Assembly (NCBI GenBank): GCA_963719425.1
Contig: OY970382.1
Location: forward strand, 244,862-308,861
DNA length: 64,000 nucleotides
DNA from: an uncultured bacterium
GTDB taxonomy: Bacteria > Patescibacteriota > Minisyncoccia > UBA6257 > 2-01-FULL-56-20
Reading direction: 5' to 3'
The position numbers and the translations under genes were made by a program. Shown here piece by piece: positions 29,267 through 38,631 of this stretch (positions within the stretch are counted from its first letter, which is position 1; every line of letters starts with the position of its first letter). The notes beneath the pieces are model-generated. The model worked only from the letters and a program-made list of their open reading frames with translations, had not been told where the DNA came from and did not search any database.

Positions 29267-30745
29267 ATGCCAAGAGCGGGAAAAATACAGATCATCAGAT
29301 ACGCGCCGCCGCCGCCGGAGCTGCCAATCTACGGGCAAGTGGATCCGGCGGAGGTTTCTTTCATCGGCCGCACGAACTATGTAGCGCAGCTTGAGGAGAA
29401 GAAATTTGTCTTTGGCATCAAGCGCCACGACCGGCGCCGGCATCTCTACATCGTGGGAAAAAGCGGCGTGGGGAAATCCAAGTTGCTTGAACTCCTCATC
29501 CGGCAGGATGTTGCGTACGGTCACGGGATGTGCATTATGGACCCGCACGGGGATGTGATAGACGCCGTCCTCGATTTCATTCCGGAGAATCGGATTAACG
29601 ACGTCGTGATCATTGATCCGACCGATATGAGCTATCCATCGTCCTTCAATCCTTTGCAGAACGTGGATCCCAGTTTCAAACACCAACTTGCGCAGGGATT
29701 GATCGAGGTGATGGAGAAGCAGTTCGGCGCGAACTGGACACCGCGCCTGGAGCATGTGTTCCGCTTCAGCGTCCTCGCACTCCTTGATTATCCGCATGCA
29801 ACGATGCGCGGGATGATTTCCATGCTCACGGACAGGAACTATCGACAGAAGGTGGTGGAATACATAGAGGACGACATGGTGAAGCGCTTCTGGGCCATTG
29901 AGTTCGCCGACTGGTCGGAAAAATTTGATACGGACGCGATCATCCCGCTCGTGAATAAGCTCGGCCAGTTCCTTTCCGACCCGCTTCTGCGGAACATCTT
30001 CGGCCAGAAAGAGAACAAGATCAATCTGGAAGAATTGATGGAGCAGAAAAAACTGATCTTCATCAATCTTTCCAAGGGTCGCCTCGGGGAAGAAAATTCA
30101 AGCTTCTTGGGCGCAATGTTCATTACGAAGATCAAGCAGGCCGGCATGGCACGCGCATCCATTCCCGAAAAGGACCGGCACGATTTTTATCTCTATGTGG
30201 ACGAGTTCCACAATCTCGTTACGGAAACCTTTGAGAACATTCTTACCGAAGCGCGGAAGTACGCATTGTGCCTTACGATAGCGCATCAATATATGGGCCA
30301 GCTTATCCAGCGCGTGCAGGCGGCAGTACTCGGGAACGTAGGAAGCATCATCATCTTCCGCATCGGCGGCGAGGATGCGGTCCACTTGAAGCCCGAAATG
30401 GCACCGATCTTTGACGTGAAAGACATGATCAACCTCGGCATGCAGGAATTTTTCATCAAAATGATGATTGACGGTGAAAGCTACGATCCTTTCTCTGCCG
30501 AAACACTCAAAGTGCTTCCGCCGCCGCACCGCTCGTTCCGAAAGGAAATCGTGGAACAGTCCCGGAAGAAGTACACCATCCCCGCCGACGCCGCGAAGAA
30601 ACTTATTCAAGAAGAAGAGGCCACCATCCTCCGGAGCGCTCAGGAAAAAGCCATTATTGAAGGCAAGCCGAGAGGCGGCGCGGGAGGCGGGGCGGGTGCC
30701 GCAAAAGAAGAGGCAGTAGACAAGACCCCCGAGCCTTTGATATAA
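29267..30745 (+). CDS. soluble FtsK/HerA-superfamily P-loop ATPase, VirD4/TraD (type IV coupling protein)-like, copy 1
   Basis: Walker A IVGKSGVGKSKLL, Walker B LYVDEFHNL, C-terminal sensor region LTIAHQYMGQL. No N-terminal TM. Paralogous to the gene at 40469..42430. Confidence 0.75.
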   Translation: MPRAGKIQIIRYAPPPPELPIYGQVDPAEVSFIGRTNYVAQLEEKKFVFGIKRHDRRRHLYIVGKSGVGKSKLLELLIRQDVAYGHGMCIMDPHGDVIDAVLDFIPENRINDVVIIDPTDMSYPSSFNPLQNVDPSFKHQLAQGLIEVMEKQFGANWTPRLEHVFRFSVLALLDYPHATMRGMISMLTDRNYRQKVVEYIEDDMVKRFWAIEFADWSEKFDTDAIIPLVNKLGQFLSDPLLRNIFGQKENKINLEELMEQKKLIFINLSKGRLGEENSSFLGAMFITKIKQAGMARASIPEKDRHDFYLYVDEFHNLVTETFENILTEARKYALCLTIAHQYMGQLIQRVQAAVLGNVGSIIIFRIGGEDAVHLKPEMAPIFDVKDMINLGMQEFFIKMMIDGESYDPFSAETLKVLPPPHRSFRKEIVEQSRKKYTIPADAAKKLIQEEEATILRSAQEKAIIEGKPRGGAGGGAGAAKEEAVDKTPEPLI

Positions 30746-30752
30746 TAATGTC

Positions 30753-30932
30753 ATGTTCGTGCACCCCGTTATTTTTGTCATTGGTGTTCTGTTCATCATT
30801 TACCTCGTTGCGGTCGATGTTCACATGCACCGGCGTGTCAAGCATTTGGAAAAGACCATGAGGAAGATGGAGGGCATGAACAGCGTGGAACATAAAAAGC
30901 CTCGCTGGGAGAATAAGGAGGATCTTTCATAG
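30753..30932 (+). CDS. small single-TM protein (59 aa)
   Basis: MFVHPVIFVIGVLFIIYLVAVDVHMHRRVKHLEK... Preceded by TATAAT (30741-30746) 6 nt before the ATG. Below the ORF-track size cutoff. Confidence 0.3.
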   Translation: MFVHPVIFVIGVLFIIYLVAVDVHMHRRVKHLEKTMRKMEGMNSVEHKKPRWENKEDLS

Positions 30933-31017
30933 CGCGACCAGCACCTCGCATTAAAAAAACATTAAAAACTATTTGACGCGGGATGTGGCGTTGCTATAAT
31001 TAAGGAAATCTTTGGGA

Positions 31018-31461
31018 TTACCCACCGATCCCCGCCTCACGAGAGGCGGGGTGAAGATTTTTTGGGGGATTATAAAACGCAAGAAAGGCCTCAATTATCT
31101 CCCGAAAGTTGCCGGCGCTCAACATGCCGATCTTTTTGATAAGACGTTTCGCGTCCAAAACCCTGACTTGGTTAAGAATCGCCATACGTTTCTTCTCGCC
31201 GTGTGCGACAGGAACATACCAGTTGCCAGTTTTTTGTTGCGTGGTGAGCGGGATGCCAAAAAAGGAATCGGCACTGAATTTTTTGAATATGATGACTGGA
31301 CGCGCGAACCGCTCGCCTTTGCCGTAAATCTCCACGCCGATATTCATCCCGATGCTGCACCACCAGATTTCGCCTTCCTTGAAAAGCGTTTTTGGTTTGG
31401 CGGTTTGCAGTATGACCGCTGTCCGCCACCAGCCAAGCAGCGCGGGAAAATATTTCAGCAT
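31018..31461 (-). CDS. MazF/PemK-family endoribonuclease toxin-like protein
   Basis: GEIWWCSIGMNIGVEIYGKGERFARPVIIF ... GIPLTTQQKTGNWYVPV ... ILNQVRVLDAKRL follows the PemK/MazF core pattern. No cognate antitoxin ORF is evident. Confidence 0.55.
   Translation of the reverse strand: MLKYFPALLGWWRTAVILQTAKPKTLFKEGEIWWCSIGMNIGVEIYGKGERFARPVIIFKKFSADSFFGIPLTTQQKTGNWYVPVAHGEKKRMAILNQVRVLDAKRLIKKIGMLSAGNFREIIEAFLAFYNPPKNLHPASREAGIGG
31031..31063 (+). terminator. intrinsic terminator (CCCCGCCTC-acga-GAGGCGGGG followed by TGAAGATTTTTTGG)
   Basis: GC-rich 9-bp stem plus a U-run downstream of the ATPase-1 operon. Lies inside the 3' end of the convergent MazF-like ORF. Confidence 0.5.
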
Positions 31462-31516
31462 ATCGCCACCCTATCACATCACCCGTTAAAACTTTGTTAA
31501 ATGTCCGACCCACAAC

Positions 31517-31527
31517 GGTGTTATACT
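31517..31527 (+). promoter_or_regulatory. extended -10 element TGtTATACT, 6 nt upstream of the ATG at 31534 (leaderless-type geometry)
   Basis: Read directly. The same -10/N6/ATG geometry occurs at 27305/27317 and 30741/30753. Confidence 0.35.
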
Positions 31528-31533
31528 GTTTCT

Positions 31534-33318
31534 ATGGCGGGCGAGACCAGAATTTGCCAAAACTGCAAGCAATCGTTCACGATTGAAGTCGAAGACTTTG
31601 ATTTCTATAAGCGAGTCGCCGTCCCGCCGCCGACCTTCTGCCCAGAGTGCCGAGCACAAAGAAGGATGCTGTGGCGAAACGAACGCGCCCTATATAAGAG
31701 AGCCTGCAACGCTCCCGGCCATACCGAAATGCTCATTGCGAACATTTCTGCCCAAACCCCAACGCCGGTGTACGATCAAGATTACTGGTGGTCAGATAAC
31801 TGGGATCCTCTTTCCTATGGCAGAGAATACGATTTCAGCAAACCTTTCTTTAATCAGTTGAAAGATCTTTTCCGCGTTTTCCCGCTTCCCAATGTAGTTA
31901 ACCTGGAATCGGTGAACAGCGACTATTGCAATTTCACCTATCAGTGCAAAAATTGCTATCTTGCCTTCGCGAGCAATCTCAACGAAGATAGTGCCTATCT
32001 TTGCCATGCGGAAAGCTGCAAAAGCTCCTTTGATCTTCTCGGCTGCAATTCGGATCAGTTTTGTTACGAATCCATTCATTCTCATAATTCGTACCAATCC
32101 GCATATTTGTTCTACTCCAACGGCTGCATACATTGCCGCTTTCTCTATAACTGTCGGAACTGCCACGATTGCTTTGGCTGTGTGAATTTGAGGAATGCGG
32201 AATATCAGATCTTCAATACGCAATACTCAAGAGACGAGTACGAGAGGAAGGTCAAAGAATTGGATTTGGGCAATTACTACACTAAGGAGGGCGTAGCGGC
32301 GCGATTCGGGAATCACATAAAGGCCTATCCCAAAAAGTACGCGACGGCCGTTCAAACCGTCGGGAGCACAGGGGACTACATTAGCCAACTAAAAAACTCT
32401 CATTTTTGCTTTGACTGCGAAGGTCCTCTTGAGGATTCAAAATATCTCATTTACGGTGTGCCGAATGCTAAGGATTGTTTTGACGGATATGGGATCGGGG
32501 AGGGAGCGGAACTCATTTATGACACGACTGTCGCCGGTGCATCTGCCAGCAGATCGCTCTTCTCCTTTGCGGCGGTCGGTGGTCGTTCCCATCAATATTC
32601 GTACTTTTGCCGCGGGTGCTCGAATATATTCGGCTGCATCGGCATCCGCAATAAGGAATATTGCATTCTCAATAGACAGTATAGTAAAGACCAGTATCTC
32701 GCATTGCTTCCGAAAATAATTGACCACATGAACGCGATACCTTACGTTGACGCGAAGGGCCGAACCTACGCGTACGGCGAGTTTTTCCCTTACGAGATAG
32801 GCCATTTTGCTTACAACGAAACAATCGCGCAGGAATATTTTCCACTGACGAAAGAGCAAGCTATATCTCAGGGCTACCGATGGTTGGATGTTGAAGAAAA
32901 GAGCCACGGAAAGACCAAGGATCCCGCCCATCTCCCCGCCCACACAAGAGACGTATCCGATGACATTCTCAAAGAAACGATCGGCTGTGCCCATGAGGGG
33001 AAGTGTGCCGAACAGTGCACTGTCGCCTTCAAGATAATCCCACAAGAACTTCAGTTTTACAAAGCGATGAATTTGCCATTGCCGCGCCTTTGCCATAATT
33101 GCCGCCACTACGAAAGATTGAAGCAACGCAACCCCTTCAAGCTTTGGGAAAGAGAGTGCAGCTGCAATGGCAGGGCGTCAAAAGATGGTATATATACCAA
33201 TGCCACTAACCATTTTCACAATGAGAATCGTTGTCCCAACACTTTTCAGACCTCCTATGCCCCGGACCGGCCGGAGATCGTCTACTGCGAACAGTGTTAC
33301 AACACGGAGGTAGCATAG
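31534..33318 (+). CDS. Cys-rich multi-zinc-ribbon protein, array member 1
   Basis: N-terminal ribbon CQNCKQSFTIEVEDFDFYKRVAVPPPTFCPECRAQRRM. Trp-rich YDQDYWWSDNWDP..YGREYDF. Two Cys-ladder repeats ending CFGC.NLRN..Y.IFN.QYS..EY. Conserved YGEFFP..FAYNET.AQ.YFPLTK. A second ribbon C..C..AFKIIPQELQFYKAMNLPLPRLCHNCR. C-terminal knuckle RPEIVYCEQCYN. Start chosen at MAGETRICQNC by analogy with its paralogs; an alternative ATG lies at 31501. Confidence 0.75.
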   Translation: MAGETRICQNCKQSFTIEVEDFDFYKRVAVPPPTFCPECRAQRRMLWRNERALYKRACNAPGHTEMLIANISAQTPTPVYDQDYWWSDNWDPLSYGREYDFSKPFFNQLKDLFRVFPLPNVVNLESVNSDYCNFTYQCKNCYLAFASNLNEDSAYLCHAESCKSSFDLLGCNSDQFCYESIHSHNSYQSAYLFYSNGCIHCRFLYNCRNCHDCFGCVNLRNAEYQIFNTQYSRDEYERKVKELDLGNYYTKEGVAARFGNHIKAYPKKYATAVQTVGSTGDYISQLKNSHFCFDCEGPLEDSKYLIYGVPNAKDCFDGYGIGEGAELIYDTTVAGASASRSLFSFAAVGGRSHQYSYFCRGCSNIFGCIGIRNKEYCILNRQYSKDQYLALLPKIIDHMNAIPYVDAKGRTYAYGEFFPYEIGHFAYNETIAQEYFPLTKEQAISQGYRWLDVEEKSHGKTKDPAHLPAHTRDVSDDILKETIGCAHEGKCAEQCTVAFKIIPQELQFYKAMNLPLPRLCHNCRHYERLKQRNPFKLWERECSCNGRASKDGIYTNATNHFHNENRCPNTFQTSYAPDRPEIVYCEQCYNTEVA

Positions 33319-33341
33319 TAGCTCTGGAGTAAAATAAAGAC

Positions 33342-35126
33342 ATGACCGCCGAGACCAAGACCTGCCAGAACTGCAAGCATTCGTTTGTGATAGAGCAGGA
33401 GGATGTGAATTTTTATCAGAAGATGACTGTCCCGCCGCCGACGTTCTGTCCGCTCTGCCGCGCCCAGCGGCGGATGGCATGGCGCAACGAGCGGGCGCTC
33501 TTCAAGCGGAAAAGCGATTTTGCAGGGAAGGAGATCTTTTCCGCGTTTGCGCCGGACGCACCAGTCAAGGTTTATGAGAAAGAGGTGTGGCTTACTGACC
33601 AGTGGGATCCGATGACGTACGGGCGCGATTATGATTTTTCGCGGCCGTTCTTTGAGCAATTCAAGGAGTTGCTCTATACTGTCCCACTCAAAAACCTGAA
33701 TTTGGTCGGCGGCACAAACAGCGATTATTGCAACAACTTTACCGACGCGAAAAATTGCTACTTGATTTTCAATGGAAATTATTCGGAGGATTGCATGTAC
33801 GGGAACGGCTTTACTAATTCAAAGCATTGCTTTGACACCTCGCATGTTGCAAAGTGCGAGCGTTGTTACGGCAGCTTTTGGCTCACCGGATGTCACAATG
33901 TCGTTTATTCTTCGCAGTGCGAGAATTCCTACGACCTGGCGTTTTGCCGCGATTGTGTAGGGTGTAACAGTTGCTTTGGATGTGCGGGGCTTCGCAACAA
34001 GTCATACCGTATTTTTAATGCGCAATACTCAAAAGAGGATTATGTGAAAAAAATAAAGGAGTTTGATCTGGGGTCGTATGAGGTCGTAGAGCAGCTGAAG
34101 CGGAAGGCGGGCGAGTTTTGGAGCACTGTTCCGATCAAATACATTGAAGGATTGCAAAATACCAACGTTTCCGGCAACTACATTGACCACTCGCGGAATG
34201 TGAAGCAAAGTTTCTTGGTGCGCGAGAGTGAGAACATCCATTACAGCCAGTATGTGCATGAACTGCCGGGAAGCCGCGATGTATGGGATTACACCGCATG
34301 GGGCGATTCCAACGAGCTTGTGTATGAGTGTTCCGCTTGTGGCATCGGCACGCACAACATAAAGTTTTGCTATAACGCACAGGAGAACGTGCACAACATT
34401 GAGTATTCCTATATGTGCGCCGGCTCCTCAGACCTTTTTGCCTGCGTGGGATTGCGGAAAAAACAATACTGCGTTTTTAATAAGCAATATTCAAAAGAGG
34501 AGTATGGCGCGTTAGTAGCTAAGATAAAATCCCATATGGACGCGATGCCGTATGCGGACAAAAAGGGGAGAGTATATAAATATGGTGAATTCTTTCCGGT
34601 TGAGCTCTCGCCCTTCGCGTACAACGAGACGCTCGCCCAACAGTATTTTCCCCTTACAAAACAAGCGGTGGAGGCAGCGGGTTTCTTCTGGCGTGATCCC
34701 GCCGAACGCAGTCACACTGCAACCGTTGAGGCCGCGAACCTGCCCGAAAATATCAAGAACGTAAAGGACGATATCGCCACAGCAACGATTGGTTGCGCGC
34801 ACAAGGGTTCATGCAACGACCAGTGCACCATCGCGTTCCGTATCATTCCCGACGAACTGAACTTCTACCGTTCCATGGGTATTCCGCTGCCGCGCCTCTG
34901 TCCCAACTGCCGCTTTGAGGAACGTATAGCGCAGCGGACGAAGCTCGCGGTGTTTCCTCGCGATTGCGAGTGCGCGGGAATCGCATCTGATAACGGGAAA
35001 CACAAAAACGCCGGTAAACATTTTCACGGCGAGGGCCATTGCCCCAATAAATTTGAAACTTGTTATCCGCCGGAGAGACCGGAGATCGTCTACTGCGAGC
35101 AGTGCTATAATGCCGAGGTGGCATGA
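33342..35126 (+). CDS. Cys-rich multi-zinc-ribbon protein, array member 2
   Basis: Same architecture: CQNCKHSFVIEQEDVNFYQKMTVPPPTFCPLCRAQRRM ... RPEIVYCEQCYNAEVA. Confidence 0.75.
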   Translation: MTAETKTCQNCKHSFVIEQEDVNFYQKMTVPPPTFCPLCRAQRRMAWRNERALFKRKSDFAGKEIFSAFAPDAPVKVYEKEVWLTDQWDPMTYGRDYDFSRPFFEQFKELLYTVPLKNLNLVGGTNSDYCNNFTDAKNCYLIFNGNYSEDCMYGNGFTNSKHCFDTSHVAKCERCYGSFWLTGCHNVVYSSQCENSYDLAFCRDCVGCNSCFGCAGLRNKSYRIFNAQYSKEDYVKKIKEFDLGSYEVVEQLKRKAGEFWSTVPIKYIEGLQNTNVSGNYIDHSRNVKQSFLVRESENIHYSQYVHELPGSRDVWDYTAWGDSNELVYECSACGIGTHNIKFCYNAQENVHNIEYSYMCAGSSDLFACVGLRKKQYCVFNKQYSKEEYGALVAKIKSHMDAMPYADKKGRVYKYGEFFPVELSPFAYNETLAQQYFPLTKQAVEAAGFFWRDPAERSHTATVEAANLPENIKNVKDDIATATIGCAHKGSCNDQCTIAFRIIPDELNFYRSMGIPLPRLCPNCRFEERIAQRTKLAVFPRDCECAGIASDNGKHKNAGKHFHGEGHCPNKFETCYPPERPEIVYCEQCYNAEVA

Positions 35127-36835
35127 CGACCGGAATCGAAACGCGCACGTGCCAGAATTGCAAGCAGGCGTTTGTCATTGATCCGGAGGACTTTCAGTTC
35201 TACGGGAAAGTTAGCGTCCCTCCGCCGACCTTTTGCCCGGACTGCCGTTTTCAACGGCGGCTTTTATTTTGGAATCCAATCTATCTTTACAAGCGGCCCT
35301 GCGATTTGTGTAAGAAGTTTAATGTGTCGGCGTATGCACCTGACGCGCCCTATACCGTGTATTGTCCTTTGTGTTGGTGGAGCGACAGCTGGGACCCATT
35401 GGAATACGGACGGGAGTACGATTTCAAACGCCCATTCTTTGAACAACTGAACGAGCTATGGCACACGGTGCCGTTGTGCGGCTTGTCTATGGATTTGCCG
35501 ACCGCGCGCTCCTCGCCCTATAATCACGACGCCGGCTATCTAAAAAATTGTTATCTCCTTTTTCATGCCGATACTTGCGAGGATTGTGCGTACGGTTACT
35601 TCTTGGACAAATCTCGAATGCTTTTTGATTGCACCGCCATGGAGCAGAGCGAGTACGGTTATGACTCCATGCACTCGTACAAAACAAACCGGTGTATCGG
35701 AACGCGGGACCAGCTCTCGGAATCGGTAGAGTGCCTCTTCTGCCGCGACTGCCAGGGCTGCCAGAGCTGTTTCGCCTCCGCGAACCTGAAGGGTCAGAAA
35801 TATTATGCGTGGAACAAGCCGCTTTCCAAACAAGAATATCTTACGGAAATCGGTAAGTATGATTTGGGATCCTACCGCGCCTATCAAGCGTTGCAGAAAA
35901 AAGCCGCGGAGCACTGGAAGACGCAGATACCCAAATCGGAATACAACGAGTTCGTGGAGAACTGCACCGGCTCAAATGTTTTCTTCTCCAGGAACGCCAA
36001 GGATTGCATTGAGGTGTACAACGTGGAGGATGGTCGGTATTGTTACCGCATGTTCGCGCCTACCAACAAGGATTGCTATGACGTTTCCATGTGGGGGAAG
36101 AATCTCTCGTTGACGTACGATAGCTGTGTGGTAGGAGAAGATTCCACACGGCTCCGGTTTTCCTATCAGTCCGGCATCAACCTTAGCGATGCTGAATATT
36201 GTCAACTGTCCACGGGTGGTTCCCACCATTTTGGCTGCGTTTCAATCAAGAAAGGGGAATATCGGATTTTCAACAGGGCATATTCCGCAAAGGAGTATGA
36301 GGCGCTAACGGGAAAAATCCGGAAGCATATGAATGAAATGCTGTATGCGGATGCGCGAGGTAACGTCTATCGCTATGGCGAGTTTTTCCCACCGGAGATG
36401 TCACCCTTCGCCTATAATGAAACGCTGGCGCAGAATTTCTTTCCGCTCACGAAGGAAAAAATCGCCGCAAAGAAATACGTGTGGCGAAATATTGAAGTGA
36501 AAGAAATGGAGGCAACCATGTCGTCAGCCGATTTGCCCGATCATATAAAAGATGTCCCTGACGACATTCTCCAGGAAACCATAAAGTGCGAAACGTGCAG
36601 CCGCTCGTATCGGATCGCTGAGATGGAACTGGCCTTCCTTCGGCAGATGAAGCTGTCCTTGCCGCGCCGCTGCCCTTTCTGCCGGGTAAACGAGAAATTG
36701 AACATTTGGGTGAAGGACAATGAACGCAACCGGCGCACGTGTGCCGATTGCGGCGTCGCGATGGAGTCAAAGTATCGGGAAGACGAAGCGCCGGAGGTAT
36801 ATTGCCGGAAGTGTTATTTGCAAAGGATAATGTAG
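35123..36835 (+). CDS. Cys-rich multi-zinc-ribbon protein, array member 3
   Basis: ATGA overlap with member 2. N-terminal ribbon plus a second ribbon PCDLCKK...PYTVYCPLCWWSD. C-terminus diverged (EVYCRKCYLQRIM). Confidence 0.75.
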   Translation: MTTGIETRTCQNCKQAFVIDPEDFQFYGKVSVPPPTFCPDCRFQRRLLFWNPIYLYKRPCDLCKKFNVSAYAPDAPYTVYCPLCWWSDSWDPLEYGREYDFKRPFFEQLNELWHTVPLCGLSMDLPTARSSPYNHDAGYLKNCYLLFHADTCEDCAYGYFLDKSRMLFDCTAMEQSEYGYDSMHSYKTNRCIGTRDQLSESVECLFCRDCQGCQSCFASANLKGQKYYAWNKPLSKQEYLTEIGKYDLGSYRAYQALQKKAAEHWKTQIPKSEYNEFVENCTGSNVFFSRNAKDCIEVYNVEDGRYCYRMFAPTNKDCYDVSMWGKNLSLTYDSCVVGEDSTRLRFSYQSGINLSDAEYCQLSTGGSHHFGCVSIKKGEYRIFNRAYSAKEYEALTGKIRKHMNEMLYADARGNVYRYGEFFPPEMSPFAYNETLAQNFFPLTKEKIAAKKYVWRNIEVKEMEATMSSADLPDHIKDVPDDILQETIKCETCSRSYRIAEMELAFLRQMKLSLPRRCPFCRVNEKLNIWVKDNERNRRTCADCGVAMESKYREDEAPEVYCRKCYLQRIM

Positions 36836-36881
36836 CCCACTTGGCAGCTTGTGAAAAGGAGTAAAATGGAGGGGTAAGGCC

Positions 36882-38624
36882 ATGGCTGCAGAGGCTAAAA
36901 CTGAAGCTGAGACCAAGGTCTGCGAGGCTTGCAAGGGAGAGTTCGCGGTTGAACCGGAGGACCTTGCGTTCTACGGGAAGTTCGGTGTGCAGGTGCCGAA
37001 GATGTGCCCGCGGTGCCGCGCGCGGCGGCGGATGGCGTTCCGGAACGAGCGCGTGTTCTACAAGCGTAAGTGCGACAAGTGCGGGCGCGAGGTGGTTTCC
37101 ATGTACAGTCCGGGGAAGCCGTATATGGTGTATTGCTATGAGTGCTGGTTCGCGGACGATTGGGATGCGTTGAGCTACGGGATGGAATACGATCCCGCGC
37201 GGCCGTTCATGGAACAGTTCCGCGAACTTTGGGAAAAGGTGCCGAAAGTCGCGCTGGTTTACATGCGGAGCGTGAACTCGGAATACGTGAACATCTCGGC
37301 GGACAACAAGGACTGCTACATGCTGGTGGAATCGTCCAACAACGAGGGGTGCATCAATTGTTATTGGGTTCAGCAGTGCCGTGATCTTGTGGATGTCTCG
37401 TTCTCGCATCAGACGGAGCTTTCCTATGAGTGCGACGATTGCTTCAATTGCTACGGACTGCAGTATGCGAAAGGTTGCCACGATTGCCGCAATGGTTATT
37501 TCTTGTTTGACTGCGTGGGATGCTCGGATTGCATCGGTTGCACGAACCTCCGCAGCAAGCAGTATCATATTTGGAACGAGCCGCACTCTAAAGAGGAATA
37601 TGAAGAGCTTCTCGCGGAGATGAAGCTTGATACGCACGCCGGGGTGGAGGCGGCGCACAGAAAGTTTGAGGAATTCTTGAAAACCCAGCCGCACAAGTTC
37701 GCGGAGATTATCAATGCGCCCGGTTCAACCGGCAATTACATCAAGAACGCCAAGAATTGCCGGCAGATTTTCCACTGCTACGACGCGGAGGATGCGAAAT
37801 ACGGCATCCACGTGTGGCGCGACGCAAAGGACTGCATGGATGTGGATACGGCGGGCCGTGGCGCCCGATTGATCTACAACTCCATCAATTCGGGCATTGA
37901 GGTTTCAAATTATGTCGCCTGTGCGCAGTGCTGGACGTGTTCGTTCATGGAATATTCCTATTATTGCTTCAACTGCAACCATTGCTTCGGCTGTGCCGGA
38001 CTTCGGAAGAAAGATCGCTGCATTCTGAACCACGAGTACGATAAGGCGTCGTATGAACGTTTGCGCGACGCCATCGTGTCCGAGATGAAAGCAAAAAGGG
38101 AGTACGGCGAGTTTTTCCCGATTGCGATTAGCGCGTTCGGTTACAACGAGAGTGCCGCACAGGAGCAGTTTCCACTCACGAAGGCGGAGGCGATTGCGCG
38201 CGGGTGCAAGTGGGAGGATACTCCGCGCGGCACGTATGGGAAGGGAACAATCGGATGGGACAAGGTTCCCGATACCTATGATGGGTTCAATCCGACCAAG
38301 CACGTTTTCACCTGCACGAATTGCAAAAGGAATTATCTTGTCATTCCCAACGAGGCCACGTTCTACAAGAAGCTCGCGATTCCCGTGCCGCGCCTATGCC
38401 CCGATTGCCGCCACGAACGCCGCTTTGCCGCCCGCGGCCCGAACCGTGTTTCGCGGCAGCACTGCGATTGCGCGGGCACGACGTCGGAGAACGGACGATA
38501 TCGCAACACGCGGGCCCATGCCCACGCAAACGCCCCATGCCCCAACGAGTTTTGGACAAGCTATGCTGCAAACGACGAGCGGATCGTCTACTGCGAGCAG
38601 TGCTACAATGCAGAGGTGGTGTAG
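36882..38624 (+). CDS. Cys-rich multi-zinc-ribbon protein, array member 4 (GC-richer)
   Basis: VCEACKGEFAVEPEDLAFYGKFGVQVPKMCPRCRARRRM, CDKCGREVVSMYSPGKPYMVYCYECW ... RIVYCEQCYNAEVV. Noticeably higher GC than its siblings. Confidence 0.75.
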   Translation: MAAEAKTEAETKVCEACKGEFAVEPEDLAFYGKFGVQVPKMCPRCRARRRMAFRNERVFYKRKCDKCGREVVSMYSPGKPYMVYCYECWFADDWDALSYGMEYDPARPFMEQFRELWEKVPKVALVYMRSVNSEYVNISADNKDCYMLVESSNNEGCINCYWVQQCRDLVDVSFSHQTELSYECDDCFNCYGLQYAKGCHDCRNGYFLFDCVGCSDCIGCTNLRSKQYHIWNEPHSKEEYEELLAEMKLDTHAGVEAAHRKFEEFLKTQPHKFAEIINAPGSTGNYIKNAKNCRQIFHCYDAEDAKYGIHVWRDAKDCMDVDTAGRGARLIYNSINSGIEVSNYVACAQCWTCSFMEYSYYCFNCNHCFGCAGLRKKDRCILNHEYDKASYERLRDAIVSEMKAKREYGEFFPIAISAFGYNESAAQEQFPLTKAEAIARGCKWEDTPRGTYGKGTIGWDKVPDTYDGFNPTKHVFTCTNCKRNYLVIPNEATFYKKLAIPVPRLCPDCRHERRFAARGPNRVSRQHCDCAGTTSENGRYRNTRAHAHANAPCPNEFWTSYAANDERIVYCEQCYNAEVV

Positions 38625-38631
38625 TTAAGAC

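Noticed and set aside
31012-31500. 162-aa plus-strand ORF overlapping the MazF-like gene
   Set aside because: It has no recognisable motifs and runs through the terminator hairpin. The opposite-strand product shows a coherent MazF/PemK motif series.
36447-37694. 415-aa minus-strand ORF
   Set aside because: It is antisense to the GC-rich array member 4. The Arg/His/Pro-rich translation is typical of high-GC shadow ORFs. The sense strand carries the conserved zinc-ribbon architecture.
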